64,000 nucleotides of DNA from Octopus sinensis (Eukaryota): the NCBI RefSeq assembly GCF_006345805.1, contig NC_043002.1:95356001-95420000 (forward strand), read 5' to 3'. The translations under genes were made by a program, and so were the position numbers. Below are positions 12,190 through 25,130 of the stretch, in pieces. Each line of letters opens with the position of its first letter. Within the stretch, counting starts at the first letter, position 1. The notes below the pieces were generated by a model, which searched no databases, was not told the DNA's origin, and worked only from the letters and a program-made list of their open reading frames with translations.

Positions 12190-12675
12190 AGGTAGCAAGC
12201 TGCCAGGCAAAATTCTTTGTGGCATTTCATTCATCTTTACATTCCGAGTTCAAATTTTGCTGAGGTTGACTTTGCCTATCATCCTTTTGGAGTTGATAAA
12301 ATAAGTACCAGTCGATCACTAGGTTCAATGTAAGTTGTGGGCTTTATCACTTGTTTATAATGTACACCACTCATTAATTTCAAACCAGCAGTTATGTTTT
12401 GGCTTTTGACATTTAGATGCTAAATAAAATAAGAGGCATACTTTGATCTACCCCATGACTCCAACTATTTATTTATTCATAACCCGTGGAGGTTATGGCT
12501 ACTGTGGAAATAATAATAATAATAATAATCTAATAATGATAATAATAATAATAAATTTGATATGTAGATACCGACGGTATCAGGGCATGTATAAGCCTTG
12601 AAAAAATTACAAAATATCAACTTACCCCCTCCCCTGAAATTGCTGGCCTTGTGCCAAAATTTAAGACCAATATTA
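12190..12675 (+). mobile_element. SINE family B split at 12333/12617 by a composite insertion
   Basis: The 5' part ends ...TCAATGTAA and the 3' part resumes TCAACTTACCCCTCCCCTGAAATTGCTGGCC; the two parts are contiguous in the copy at 26215-26400. Confidence 0.75.
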
Positions 12676-13656
12676 ACAAATAGACTTTTTTTTATTGCAT
12701 GCATTTATGAGGAATAGTATTGTTGGATATGTTTTTCTACATCAATAGGATCTCAATGGCCAACTCAATGATTCATTACAATTCTGAAAATGGAAATTCT
12801 AACAAATGATGTAATAATTCATATACATAGAAAATAAGACTATAAGACTATTAACAACCCATAACCATCTGTAGCCTTAATTTATATGATTGCTTTTAAC
12901 AATTAGTTCATGTGTAATTATTTAGAAAGCAGTATTTCTATTTTTATGATCAATGAAAAACAACTTTGCAATGTTATTTTACTGTGAACTTTAAACAACT
13001 TGACTGTTTGGATCATCATTATTAGATTATTATTATTATTATTATTATTATTATTTCCACAGTAGCCATAACCTCCACGGGTTATGAATAAATAAATAGT
13101 TGGAGTCATGGGGTAGATCAAAGTATGCCTCTTATTTTATTTAGCATCTAAATGTCAAAAGCCAAAACATAACCGCTGATTTGAAATTAATGAGTGGTAT
13201 ACATTATAAACAAGTGATAAAGCCCACATAGTTGTTTCAATCCCTATTGAAACCATTTTACTGCATTTACACTGCTGGTACCCACAAGAAAGGCATGAAC
13301 AGATATAAGAAATCAATATTTATATATAGCTGGGAACACAGAATTGGCTGAAATAGCAGAAGTAGAATACCTGATCAAATGCCATGCTGCTATGCAGTTG
13401 ATAGTAAGATGATTATTCTTGATTTTGTAAATAATATTCTTTATCAATATATCTATATTTAAAAGGACTTTAAGGCTGAATTCCCTTCTTTTGCGCTTGT
13501 AGGATGTAGGCATTAATAATTAATCTAGACACTATTGATAAATTCTTTTAACCATTCAGCATTTAAACCAGCCATATCAGACCAAAATAGTCTGCCTATT
13601 TCATGTTCAAACCAGCCAGATCTGGTCTCTCATACCAGTGTGATTCTGCCAGCTTA

Positions 13657-14230
13657 TCTATTATATAAAATCCATTCTGTCTGTCTGTGTGTGTGTCTTC
13701 TAGGATCCCGGGCATCCTCCATCCGATTGCGCTCACATTTGATATGTAGATACCGATGGTATCAGGGCGTGTATAAGCCTTGAAAAAATTACAAAAATCA
13801 ATTTCAGGTGAGAATGCGATCGATAAAGCTGTGGGAATGTGCATTTGTACACGCAAGTACATCAGCTGTGCAAAAGATTGACATCGTCCTTGCGAACCAT
13901 CAGTCGAAATGCATAGAACTCTATTTGTGAGATTTCTTTGAATGGTTGGACAGGCAGCAGAGTCACTGGATCACACCTGGGTTTATCAATGCTGTAACCA
14001 TCATCGCCAAAAGGAAAAACATTTCCTGCCATTCAAGGATGATATCACACTTTGTCACTCCCCATTGGAGGGGACATGGGGGGGGGGCGTTTTGCTCGTA
14101 GTACATATTTGCATAGAAAGATTACTTTTCTATCTACAGCATTACTATTGGTTTCAGAACATGACTACTTTAGCTATTAAATACATTGTCTCTATGAAGA
14201 AATGTGTGCAGCTTTTCCTACTGTTAATTT
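13657..14230 (+). mobile_element. Helitron-like non-autonomous element interrupting a piggyBac-type MITE (13538-13656)
   Basis: Begins A|TCTATTATATAAAA followed by a (CTGT)n/(GT)n tract, typical of invertebrate Helitron 5' ends; no 3' CTRR end identified. Confidence 0.45.
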
Positions 14231-14885
14231 AATTTAATTAGTTTAAGTGTACATGGTAATAATGGAATTGTCCTGATAAATGAACTATTTATTAACTTCT
14301 TCGTAACCCAAGACTCAAGAAAAATTGTCAAATATACATTTTATAGATGTTAAGGATGTTCAATTAATTGTAGATGAAGGAAACTCTTAGAAACTTAGTG
14401 CTACTATTGTTACTTACTTACCTAAACCTTTCACTCTCTATGGAGCATAGGCCTAAGATGACTTTTCTCTGCTGTTCTTGATGCTAGGCTGCCTCTGTAA
14501 CTTTGCTTTCTTCTAGATAGAGGTGTTGGCCCAATACAAACCCATTTTTACATCTGGGAAGTGATTGACCATATTAGTTTGGCCGCTATTCTTTGACAAG
14601 TCCAGCATCGGAGGCCTTACCAGGAGCTTGATTCTGCCGTAATAGCTCTCAGTGTCATTAAGACACATAAGCACCATGCCATAACAAGGATTGCACATTG
14701 TAGTGGAGTACTATAGTTAGGAAGCATCTTATTGTCTAGCATCATTGATTCTTTTTGCCCTCACTTGCTTCATCATGGTGAAACAATGTTATTGTCTGTA
14801 TTGTACATTATATATATATATTTTTTTTTTTTTTGTAAACATATTATTTATCACTTCAATTTTTTTTTTTTCTGTATTGTTTTAG

Positions 14886-15240
14886 AACTGAGCGCTCAAC
14901 AGACCAAGTAATTCAACCTGTAAATCTAGAAGCTTTGTCAAAATGGGTTGGTAAGATGCCGAAGGATGTTGTTGAAGGCATGTCTGAAATTGCTCCAATG
15001 CTCGCTGTTCTTGGATATGATCCAAAAGCAAACCCACCTAATTATGGAAAGCCTGATGCAATGGTGGCAGAAAATACTCAGAATATACAGAAGAACAGAG
15101 AATTCTGGAAGAAAAAAGTCGACATAATCATTAAAGATACCCCAGCAAAAGGTTCTATCTCCAATCGAACACAAAGTTTTCACAAATCTCTTAGCAGAAC
15201 AGATAAGCATTGGAGGAACACATCAAGTCACATGACATGA
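14886..15240 (+). CDS. TPST: Protein-tyrosine sulfotransferase, coding exon 2
   Basis: Acceptor TTTTTTCTGTATTGTTTTAG (AG at 14884-85). The first base completes Lys (AA+A), then [25 protein letters not shown]...[22 protein letters not shown], the conserved TPST C-terminal block; TGA at 15238-40. Spliced CDS 1218 nt = 405 aa + stop. Confidence 0.95.
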
Positions 15241-15869
15241 TCTAGTATTAACAAAGTAGATCAAAATTCCACCATTACTAAAGCAGTTTATAATTCAGTA
15301 ACCAATGGAGATATTTGTTAAATGTTCCAGCATCATTGTATCTCATCAAGAAATCTGCTGCCATGTAAACCAGGGCAATTTTAGTTTGAATTTAATCTGT
15401 GACAGAAAGAATTACATTATAAATATTTGCTGACAGTATGTTTATGTCCAAAGAAACTGAAATGGTACAAATACACCCCCTCCCCAACAAACAAACAAAA
15501 AAATTAATCATGTACTTACTAAAAGAAGATTATTTTGAAAGAACTTAACCTTTTCTCTCTATTAGTTTGCAACATCCACAAAAACATATTTAGATTTATT
15601 TTTTCACATACCTCATCAAAATATTTTCATTTCCACATCAACTGTTCTTTCCAAGAAAATATTATTTCCATCTTTATTTCTCATAATTATTCATTTTTGT
15701 TGGATTTCTTTTCAACTCTCATTCCAAAACGCATCAGCCTGACAATGTTAAGATATGAACATCAATTATGAAGAGATTAAAACAGAGACAAGAATGAAAA
15801 TTGGATTTTGTTTTAAGTATATTTTTACTTGGCAACTCCAAGAAAGTTATCATGAAAAAAATTTAGTCA

Positions 15870-15875
15870 AATAAA
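15870..15875 (+). promoter_or_regulatory. Candidate TPST polyadenylation signal
   Basis: AATAAA ~630 nt after the stop, followed by a long T-rich tract; alternative AATAAA hexamers near 16142 and 16803. Confidence 0.4.
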
Positions 15876-16329
15876 AGATGTCATTTTTCGTTTTTTTTTT
15901 TTTTTTTTTTTTTTTTTTTCCCTTTTTTTCTGTTGAAGTGGGATTATCTTCATCTTATAATACATGTCTTTCATTGACCACAGAAGTCGAAAAAATGACA
16001 CCACAAATCATAAAGTCAAATAATTTGACACTGCAGATCATAATGCTGAGAAAGAGCCATCAGAGATCACCAATGTCAAAGATAGAAATCCCTGCCACAA
16101 ACAAAATATGGTAATTCTAAAACAAAGACATTCAATTCATCAATAAAAAGATTTTTGCAACAGATTGTTCTGTTTTAATTGTATTCTTTGATGTTTTTTA
16201 ATGAATTAACAACTATAATTAATAATTTAATCTCTGCGATATAGTTATATGTAACGTATAAATGTTAACTTATTGTAGCCTGCCAGTTCTGGACTACAAG
16301 CTCTTAGGACAAGTATTTGAAACTCAACC

Positions 16330-16955
16330 AAATGCGTTAGATAGTAGTATTTATTACACACATGTGAGTGAGAACACTTTGAGATATTTTTAGTATCTAA
16401 CATATGTCAGATACTGCGAGCGCTGCTTCTGATTGGTCAGTCCATGGTGACGGCACTACTTTTGTCATTCATAAGTTACAACTAAACTTCATTCATTACT
16501 TTCATGAGCAGGTAGAATGTAGCCATGTAATTAAACAAACATACTATCTTTTTTTATACCAGATATCACTTAAAGTCATATACACATAAAATATAAACAT
16601 TTCTGGTGGTAATTCAATTTTTTGTTGCCAAAAAAATCACAAAGCGCTATAAAGTCGGACTATCTTCCTGCGGCATGACATCTTTTACAGTTACACATTC
16701 TGATGTCACTGACGTGAAATCAAGCTGTATTCATGCACGCTTCAACACGATGTGAAGAATTTAGTTATTGGGTTAATAAAATATGGTCATTTATTTGTGT
16801 GTAATAAATAAAATACCAAACTCATTCCCTATGGATACCGTATTTATTACAACTCATGGCTTGTAAACGTATCTAACTCGCTTTCGCTCGTTAGATACGT
16901 TTACAAGCCACTCGTTGTAATAACTACGGTATCCATAGGGAATGAGTTTGGTATT
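16330..16955. mobile_element. Unclassified hairpin-rich MITE-like element ending in a 144-nt palindrome
   Basis: 66-bp arms 16812-16877 and 16890-16955 (4 mismatches, 12-nt loop); the GTTAGATA/GTATCTAAC motif recurs at 16335-16400. Confidence 0.55.
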
Positions 16956-17406
16956 CTCTATTTACTTTTAGCCTTGTTACTAACCTTACTTCTCAGCTAA
17001 ACCATAGCTGACTCAGTATCACATTATCACTATATACATTTCATGGTCAAATAATTTACAGAAGACAGTTTTACTATAAAACAGTAATTTTAACAAGTCC
17101 TTGTAAATATTTGAATTTTCAGTTTTATCTCAAAACGAAGTACATAAAAATATCAGAAAAAGATATACAATATTACTGTATAGTTTTTGTTTTAATTCAA
17201 AAACCTCACTATATCCTAAGTGTTTTGTTTAAATGAAAGGTTCTTATATTATCTTCTCGTGTTTTCGGGGATTTGCTGATCCACTGAGTGGAATTAGCAA
17301 AGTACAGTGAATGTACAGACCAGATATACACTGTTAAGAGTTATGTGATGTTTCCATTGTCAATCTTTGATAGACTGAAGTAGTCTTACATATTTCATTT
17401 GTTTAA

Positions 17407-18492
17407 CCCTTTCGTTACCAAACCGCCCAAAGCCGCCCGAAAAAAATTTTGGTTTATGAGACCAAACCGCCCAAAGCCGCCCGATGTTACCTATTCATAT
17501 TTAAATGAGAATATCAGAGCAAATCTCTTCAGTATGTTCGTGAAAACACGTATTATACTTCGTAAACAGTTCAACTACAGTTTTGTACAATAATCGAAGT
17601 GTAATTTTAATTCCGTGAATTTTGGGAGATTTTTTTCCGAAATTTGTTCCTATTGTGTTTTCAAAATTTGTAATTCTGACAAAAAATGGATACGAATTTC
17701 ATTATATCAAGCAGCGAGTCAGAATTCAAAGGCTTTTCTACTGAAGACCTTCATAAATCTAACTCTATGACTGAAAAAAAAAAGCATGTGGTATTTGATA
17801 ATGAATCTGATGTTTCATTTTCCGAAAGTGAAAACAGTGAATCTGAGATCTCCGATAGCGAAAACGAAAACGAATTGGCACCTGAATGGAGTGAAAATTT
17901 AAAAACTGTTTCTTTCTGTGATTTTTCTGAAGAAACTGGACCAAGCCACAGACTTTCCCAGAAGAGTAAAGCCTTAAACTATTTCTTTTTACTTTTTCGA
18001 ATGAGCCTATTTGAAATCATTACGGCAGAAACGAACCGTTACGCTAAACGTAAACAAAGCGAAAGAAAGGATAGTTTGTGGTTTCCCACAGCCTTAAATG
18101 AAATTAAGACTATTTTGCCATAAATATTATTATGGGTATCAGAAAGTTACCCAGAATAACAAATTCTATCGTAAAATTTTGTTGTATACCCAATTGAATA
18201 TTAGCTAATAACCCATTTTCTATAGCGATGTTTGAACAAAATTTTAATAATTTTATATTTTGTGGAATTTACCTGTATCTACCTGCAATTAGAGTCAGTT
18301 TGTGACAAAAATTATAGTATAGAATTGGTTGAGAATATTTCATTAAATTATCTTCCAAAAATCAGATTAATATATCGATAAATAAAAAAGTTATAGTTGT
18401 TTAATGAAACCAGACTAAATTTATGATTACGTTAGAAATTAATTGAAACACATAAGGGGTGTAATTTGGTCAGAAATATAGTAACGAAAGGG
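17407..18492 (+). mobile_element. Internally deleted piggyBac transposon
   Basis: TTAA TSDs (17403-06, 18493-96); 12-bp TIR CCCTTTCGTTAC; 24-bp subterminal direct repeat (17417-40, 17461-84); transposase N-terminal ORF 17686-18123. Confidence 0.9.
17686..18123 (+). pseudogene. piggyBac transposase N-terminal fragment
   Basis: Acidic Ser/Glu/Asp-rich N-terminus, then FFLLF...IITAETNRYA...W....EIK. After a frameshift it continues INIIMGIRKLP; the DDD core is deleted. Confidence 0.8.
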
Positions 18493-19021
18493 TTAACAAC
18501 TGCTTTCCTAGTTAATTATTTGAGACAGGATCTAATAGTCAGATGCTCTTCCTTGTTGCCAACCCTTGTTTTTCAAGAAAGGTTGGGTTTTTTTTTGTTT
18601 TTGTTTTTTTTTACTCCAGAAGTTCTCCAGAAGCACAGAACAACCAGTCATACTGTCAAAACCATCCCTGTTTCACTCAGTCAGGGATGAGTCTGGAATG
18701 TCAACATTCTATGTAAGAAAATAGTGTGAAGCTGGTGATGGTGAAGAGGGGACATATCATTGTTTGAATATTTACTGAAGTTTGAGACTGAATATCCACT
18801 GCAGCAATTTTTCAAACATTTGATTTCTGACATATGCAATGGATTCTCTCGTTGTGAACAACAGATGAGGATTCAGCAAAATAAAGCAGTAATCATGTTC
18901 TATGGACACAAATGTGACTCTTGAGGCCTGCTGGTGCCTTCATGCTTGGATGAAGTCGGTCCTAGTGTTGGAGTCGACTTTGCTCAAATCTTTGAACTGA
19001 GGAGAAGCAGGATTGGTGCTG

Positions 19022-19336
19022 CATATGTGTATATATATATATATACACACACACATATATATACACACATATATATATATACACACACACATATATATAT
19101 ATATACACACATATATATATACACACACACACACACACATATATACACACACACACATATACACACACATATATATACACACACACACACATATATACAC
19201 ACACATATATATATATATACACACACATATATATACATATGCACATATATATATATACATACACATATATATATACATACACATATATATACACACACAT
19301 ATATATATATACACACACACACATATATATATATAT
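19022..19336. repeat. Compound (TA)n/(CA)n microsatellite
   Basis: Direct reading; explains the low-complexity ORFs at 18934-19619. Confidence 0.95.
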
Positions 19337-19469
19337 TAAGAACAAACTTACTTAGAAATAGATGCATGCGTTCTGTCATATAAATTAATAAATAAAATAA
19401 AACATATGCATATATACATACATATATGTACGTACCTACCTCTACATGTATATATACATGCATATAGGT

Positions 19470-19652
19470 ACAGGACACCAAAAAACCGTCGAACACAATG
19501 AGAAACGAAAACATAAACACAAAACCAAGGAAATGGACATTTTTCTGGACAACGAAAAAATATAGCACAGGACATACAATACAAGGAGAATTCCCCTTCT
19601 TCAGTCGCCTCTGTTTCATCTACTCCGCGTTTCGAAGGTCAAGGTGAGACAT
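19470..19652 (-). mobile_element. Penelope-like terminal-repeat relic
   Basis: Minus strand CCTTCGAAACGCG...CTGAAGAAGGGGAATTCTCCTT, followed by T-rich sequence; resembles PLE pseudo-LTR motifs. Confidence 0.35.
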
Positions 19653-20548
19653 TGGCTACTGAGATTTGATTTAATCTTAATTGTTTCATTTTACATTTCA
19701 GTTATACACAAATTGGATATATCGTTGCTAACTTTATACAGTTGTGCTTTGCATATGATAGACCAATTCATACTCAATTTCTTTATCAGCAAGCATCCAT
19801 AGAAAATTGAGTAAAGATATAAAATTAGCTTTACTCCCATCCTTAAAGCAGCAAGTGTAACTCTAATATCTGTTTTTTATTATTTGAGGTAGCCCCAATA
19901 TGTACATAGACATTCCTAAGTGCATGTTCAGAACATTTAAAATTCTTACTAAGAGAGTATCCATGAAGTGGACACAAGGATCTATTTCTACAATTACAAA
20001 GTTCATTTACTCTGGTGAATATTAAGATTGCTGTTTGCTGTCATACTGAGATGTATGTTGTTGTCCTCATTATTAGATTATTAATTCTAAGTTTTATATA
20101 ATCAGAGAATTGCTTGTTTAATTTTTGTATTGTTGAAAAGCTACGTTTTGAGCAATATTGAACGTTGTGGAGTAGGCCAGATTCCCAGAGTGTCTGTTAA
20201 ATGTTTCCTAGTATGAGCTAGATGCAGGGAAATGTTTGTCCAAAGCTTTGAAAAGTTCTACAGCTATATTGGTTGCTAAATTTAATTCAAATGGAGCATT
20301 TTCAGAATGACAGTGAGGTTCTATCCTAGATTGAACAAGTTTTTCTTGATAGCCACACAGCCGGTGGAGAGCTTACAGTGAGTCTTTAACTCTCAACCTC
20401 TATTCTTGTTTTACGTGTGTGTGTGTGTGTGTATGTGAAAGAGAAATTAACTTTGATAATATTTCTATAATAATACTGGTTCTTTTAAAAGACTAATGTT
20501 TACTAGCTTGTGTGTATGTGCATATGTATCTATACTTACATATGTATA

Positions 20549-21653
<1,105 letters not shown>

Positions 21654-21875
21654 TATGTGTGTGTGTATATATCCTGGGTAGTAGATTTAATCTGTCACCC
21701 AATTTAACTACTCCCTGGCAGTTTGGGTACTTGTTGCAGAATCCACTATCAGAAGCATTCCAACCGGGTTTCTGATTTATTGGAGACCATGTAAAGGATT
21801 ATAGGCATTGCTTCCCCACTAAGAGCACCCAAGGTAACAAGTAGTGGTGTTAAACTGGGTAATGGATTAAGTCTA

Positions 21876-22088
21876 TGAGGGAGTGCTGAAAAGTTACTGG
21901 CTTTAAGGGTATCGCGAAAGGCCTGGTTGGAAGCCCAACCTTCCAAGTTCTTATACAGAGCTTAGAAAAACTGAAGAACCACTGCAATTGTGAATCTGAG
22001 AGGGGGATATGTTGAATAAAAACATGATTAACTGATTCTGCTGTATTTTCTTTTACCCAAAGCCAGGAACTTTTCTGCTCTCCACTTG
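21876..22088. mobile_element. Mariner-derived MITE
   Basis: TA flanks; TIR GAGGGAGTGCTGAAAAGTTACTGGCTTT / AAAGCCAGGAACTTTTCTGCTCTCC; interior resembles a mariner C-terminal coding end. Confidence 0.7.
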
Positions 22089-22512
22089 TACTGCTTAGAT
22101 AAGCCATCGCAGGATTTGAACTCTGAATGCCAAGAGCCTGGACAAATACCACAAGGTCCAACGTTCTTAGAGTTCCATTAATCCACTGTTTTCGATTAGT
22201 ACATTTTATTGACCCTAAAAGAATGAAAGGCAAAGTTGACTTTGGCAGGATTTGAACTTGAAATATAAAGTCAGAATACTGTGATGCATTCTGCTTAATA
22301 TTCCAGTGGCTTTGGCAATTTGATCATTGTATCTGATGGGGTCAGAGATTGTAGCAGATGAATAAAGGCTTGCTTTGAAGATTGGAAAGAAGTTAAGGTT
22401 GCTTGGGAAGTCAGGAACATGAGTTGGTGACAAACACTTGATCTTTGTAGGAGGAAGGTGATAGCCAAGATATCATCATTGTGTAATGAAGTCTCTAAGA
22501 ATGGTGATTATA

Positions 22513-23402
22513 CAAGGTCTGATCAATAAGTATCCGAACTGTTTCCATAGTAATGAAGCTAAAGCACACAGAGTAAAGCCACATGGCAAAGATTGACCTT
22601 GAATTCTGCTGTGCATGTGCATTAAGTTTTAACATTCTACCTCACTGCCACTGATTACAGCAGTGCTTGGAAGGAAGGTGTGTAGCATGTGATCGTCGCA
22701 TTGACCATGACAGAGAAAGTTGTCATGGCAATACCTGCTCAGAGGCCTACGCAAAGTTGTAGAAAGTGTATGGAGAGGAGTGTATGAGTCACACACAAGT
22801 GTACGAGTGGTTCAGACATCTCCAAGATGGCTGAAAAATGTTGATATTGATGAATGTTCTGGGAGACCTGCAACCAGCAGAACTGAGGAAAATATTGCAA
22901 ATGTGCATGCAGCTGTGAGGGGAAATCATTGAATCACCATCCATGAATTATTAGAGGATGTGCAGACTAGTTACAGTTCAGTCCATAATCATTAAAAATT
23001 TGGGTATGAGATGCATGTCTGCCAAGCTTGTGCCAAAACTGCTTTCAACTGACCAAAATGACACTCGGGTTTCAGTTGTACAAGATCTCCTTAATTGTGT
23101 TCAAGAACGATGGAAACTTTCTGAAAACTTTGCATAGGCATCTGAGCAAGTATCACCAAGCTTTCAACAAAATTTGATGCAGATTCTCTGCTCAACTTTC
23201 TTTGTCATGGTCAGTGCAACAATCACACGCTACACACTTTCCTTCCACACACTGTTGTATACAGCAGAAGTGAGCTAGAACGTTAAAACTTAGTTCACAT
23301 GCACTGCAGAGTTCAAGGTCAATCTGTCCAAAGTGGCTTCATTCTGCATGCTTTAGCTTCATTACTATGGCAACAGTCCTGATACTTATTGATCAGACCA
23401 CA
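22513..23402. mobile_element. Fold-back mariner derivative with ~210-bp inverted arms
   Basis: TA flanks; termini GGTCTGATCAATAAGTATC / GATACTTATTGATCAGACC; interior encodes a decayed mariner HTH region (VYEWFR, GRPATS, SAKLVPKLL). Confidence 0.8.
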
Positions 23403-23993
23403 TATAGGCAGGAAAGATGAGATATTATCAATGGTTTTGAGAAATATTTTACCACTGAAGAGGCTCACTATATAGTTGCTTTTAACCTATTAGAAATAGC
23501 AATAAAATCAATCCCACCCCCATCCCACCAAGAAAAGATATTACACTCTACCATGAAAAATGGACACATTGGATAATGTTATGTGGATTTCACAAAGCCT
23601 GACCAAGATGGGACAGTCTTGGCTGGAAAGCTTTTGATCATAGCTCTGCAGTATCAGAGTTAACACACAGCTGTAGAAGACACACCTCTTGTGGTTGTTC
23701 GTTGTGAAGAGTAAATTTCAGCTTTATAAAGTGTTCCACAGAAATGCAAAGAGGAGATGAAGTAACATTGATGGAAATAAATTAAAAAACACAAACACAC
23801 ACATTTTGGGTATCTGGGCAGAGTTTGAATAAAGTAGGAAATATATTCAGCAAAGAAAAATGAGAGACACAGAGAAAGAGAGATGAAGTGGTATAGATCA
23901 AAAATAACTGCTGTAGTAAAGATTGAACTCTTGACTCTGTGGTCACTGGTCCATGACTTTATCTTCATAATCAATGTGCCACTTTCTTTCTCT

Positions 23994-23994
<1 letters not shown>

Positions 23995-24083
<89 letters not shown>
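23995..24083. repeat. (TC)n microsatellite
   Basis: Direct reading. Confidence 0.95.
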
Positions 24084-24088
<5 letters not shown>

Positions 24089-24944
24089 GTGTTAATTACT
24101 TCTAATATAGGTAAGAAAATTAACTTTAGAGGTTATGACATTCATTTCAAAAGGTATCAACTTAAGTGCAAGGAAATCTTATCAAATGAGAATGGTAACC
24201 GAATCGTAATCCCAAAGTTGATAAATGACTTTCATTTTGCAGCTTTCACAAAATTTAATAACGATTTTCAATTTAAGCACAAGCCCTTAAATTCTCAGAA
24301 AATAGAGTGGACAAGTCTAGTCTAAAGATATTAGCAACACATATGAAATGAAATAGCTCAGATTGAGAACCTTCCTCTACAATACTGACCACCAACCACT
24401 TAAGAACAAAAATATAACACTACATCCTTCTTCATTTATAAATCATAAGCAATTCAAAAGCATATTACCTGAAAATATTTGGTCTAACAATCTCCAAAAG
24501 TACCACATGGTCACAAGTCTGTGTGACCTCTCTACTGACACTATGTCTGCTCCATTGAGACTCATTTCATTAATAGAAATACCAATTACCCTTCTCTCTC
24601 TCTCCTAATATTAACATACTACCTCAGTTTACTGACCCTAGTATAGTTTACTCTACATTTCTGCTCTAAATCTTTACCATTCTATGACTAATTTCCTGCT
24701 CAAATTCACCAGTCATCATCTTCTGCAACATTAACTCTGCTAATCTCACTCAGTTATTTCAATTTCTCAAACTATTGACATTAATAGCACTAACTTCTCA
24801 GATTCGATTCTTCAGGCTAATAAATTTGAAAGAACAAGAAGCCTCAAGATTTGAAAGAACAAGAAACCTGAACAAATTCACATTTAGCATTTTCAAAATC
24901 TTTACCATCCATTTAATAATCTTAGCCATCTTTTAAGCAACATA

Positions 24945-25130
24945 TTGTAAGGGGAGAATTCACAAAAACAAAAAAAAACAAAAGACAAAGACAGGTGGTG
25001 TAGACAACAAACAGATGTATTAGTATAATGCTTGGAAAGTGAAAAAATCTTTAATGTTTTGAGCCTACGCTCTTCCACAGAAAGAAACAAGGAGAGAAAA
25101 TAAATAACATGTAGTGGCTAGCAATCTATC
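24945..25130 (-). mobile_element. Penelope-like terminal-repeat relic with a degenerate hammerhead-like motif
   Basis: Minus strand TCTTT-CTGTGGA-A-GAGC-GTAG-GCTC-AAAAC-ATT-AAAGA. Confidence 0.45.

Noticed and set aside
14938-15210. 90-aa antisense ORF over TPST exon 2
   Set aside because: Shadow ORF of a real exon with no independent signal.
19700-20400. Degraded minus-strand RT fragment
   Set aside because: One short RTE-like stretch (IAVELFKALD) is too little to call a feature.
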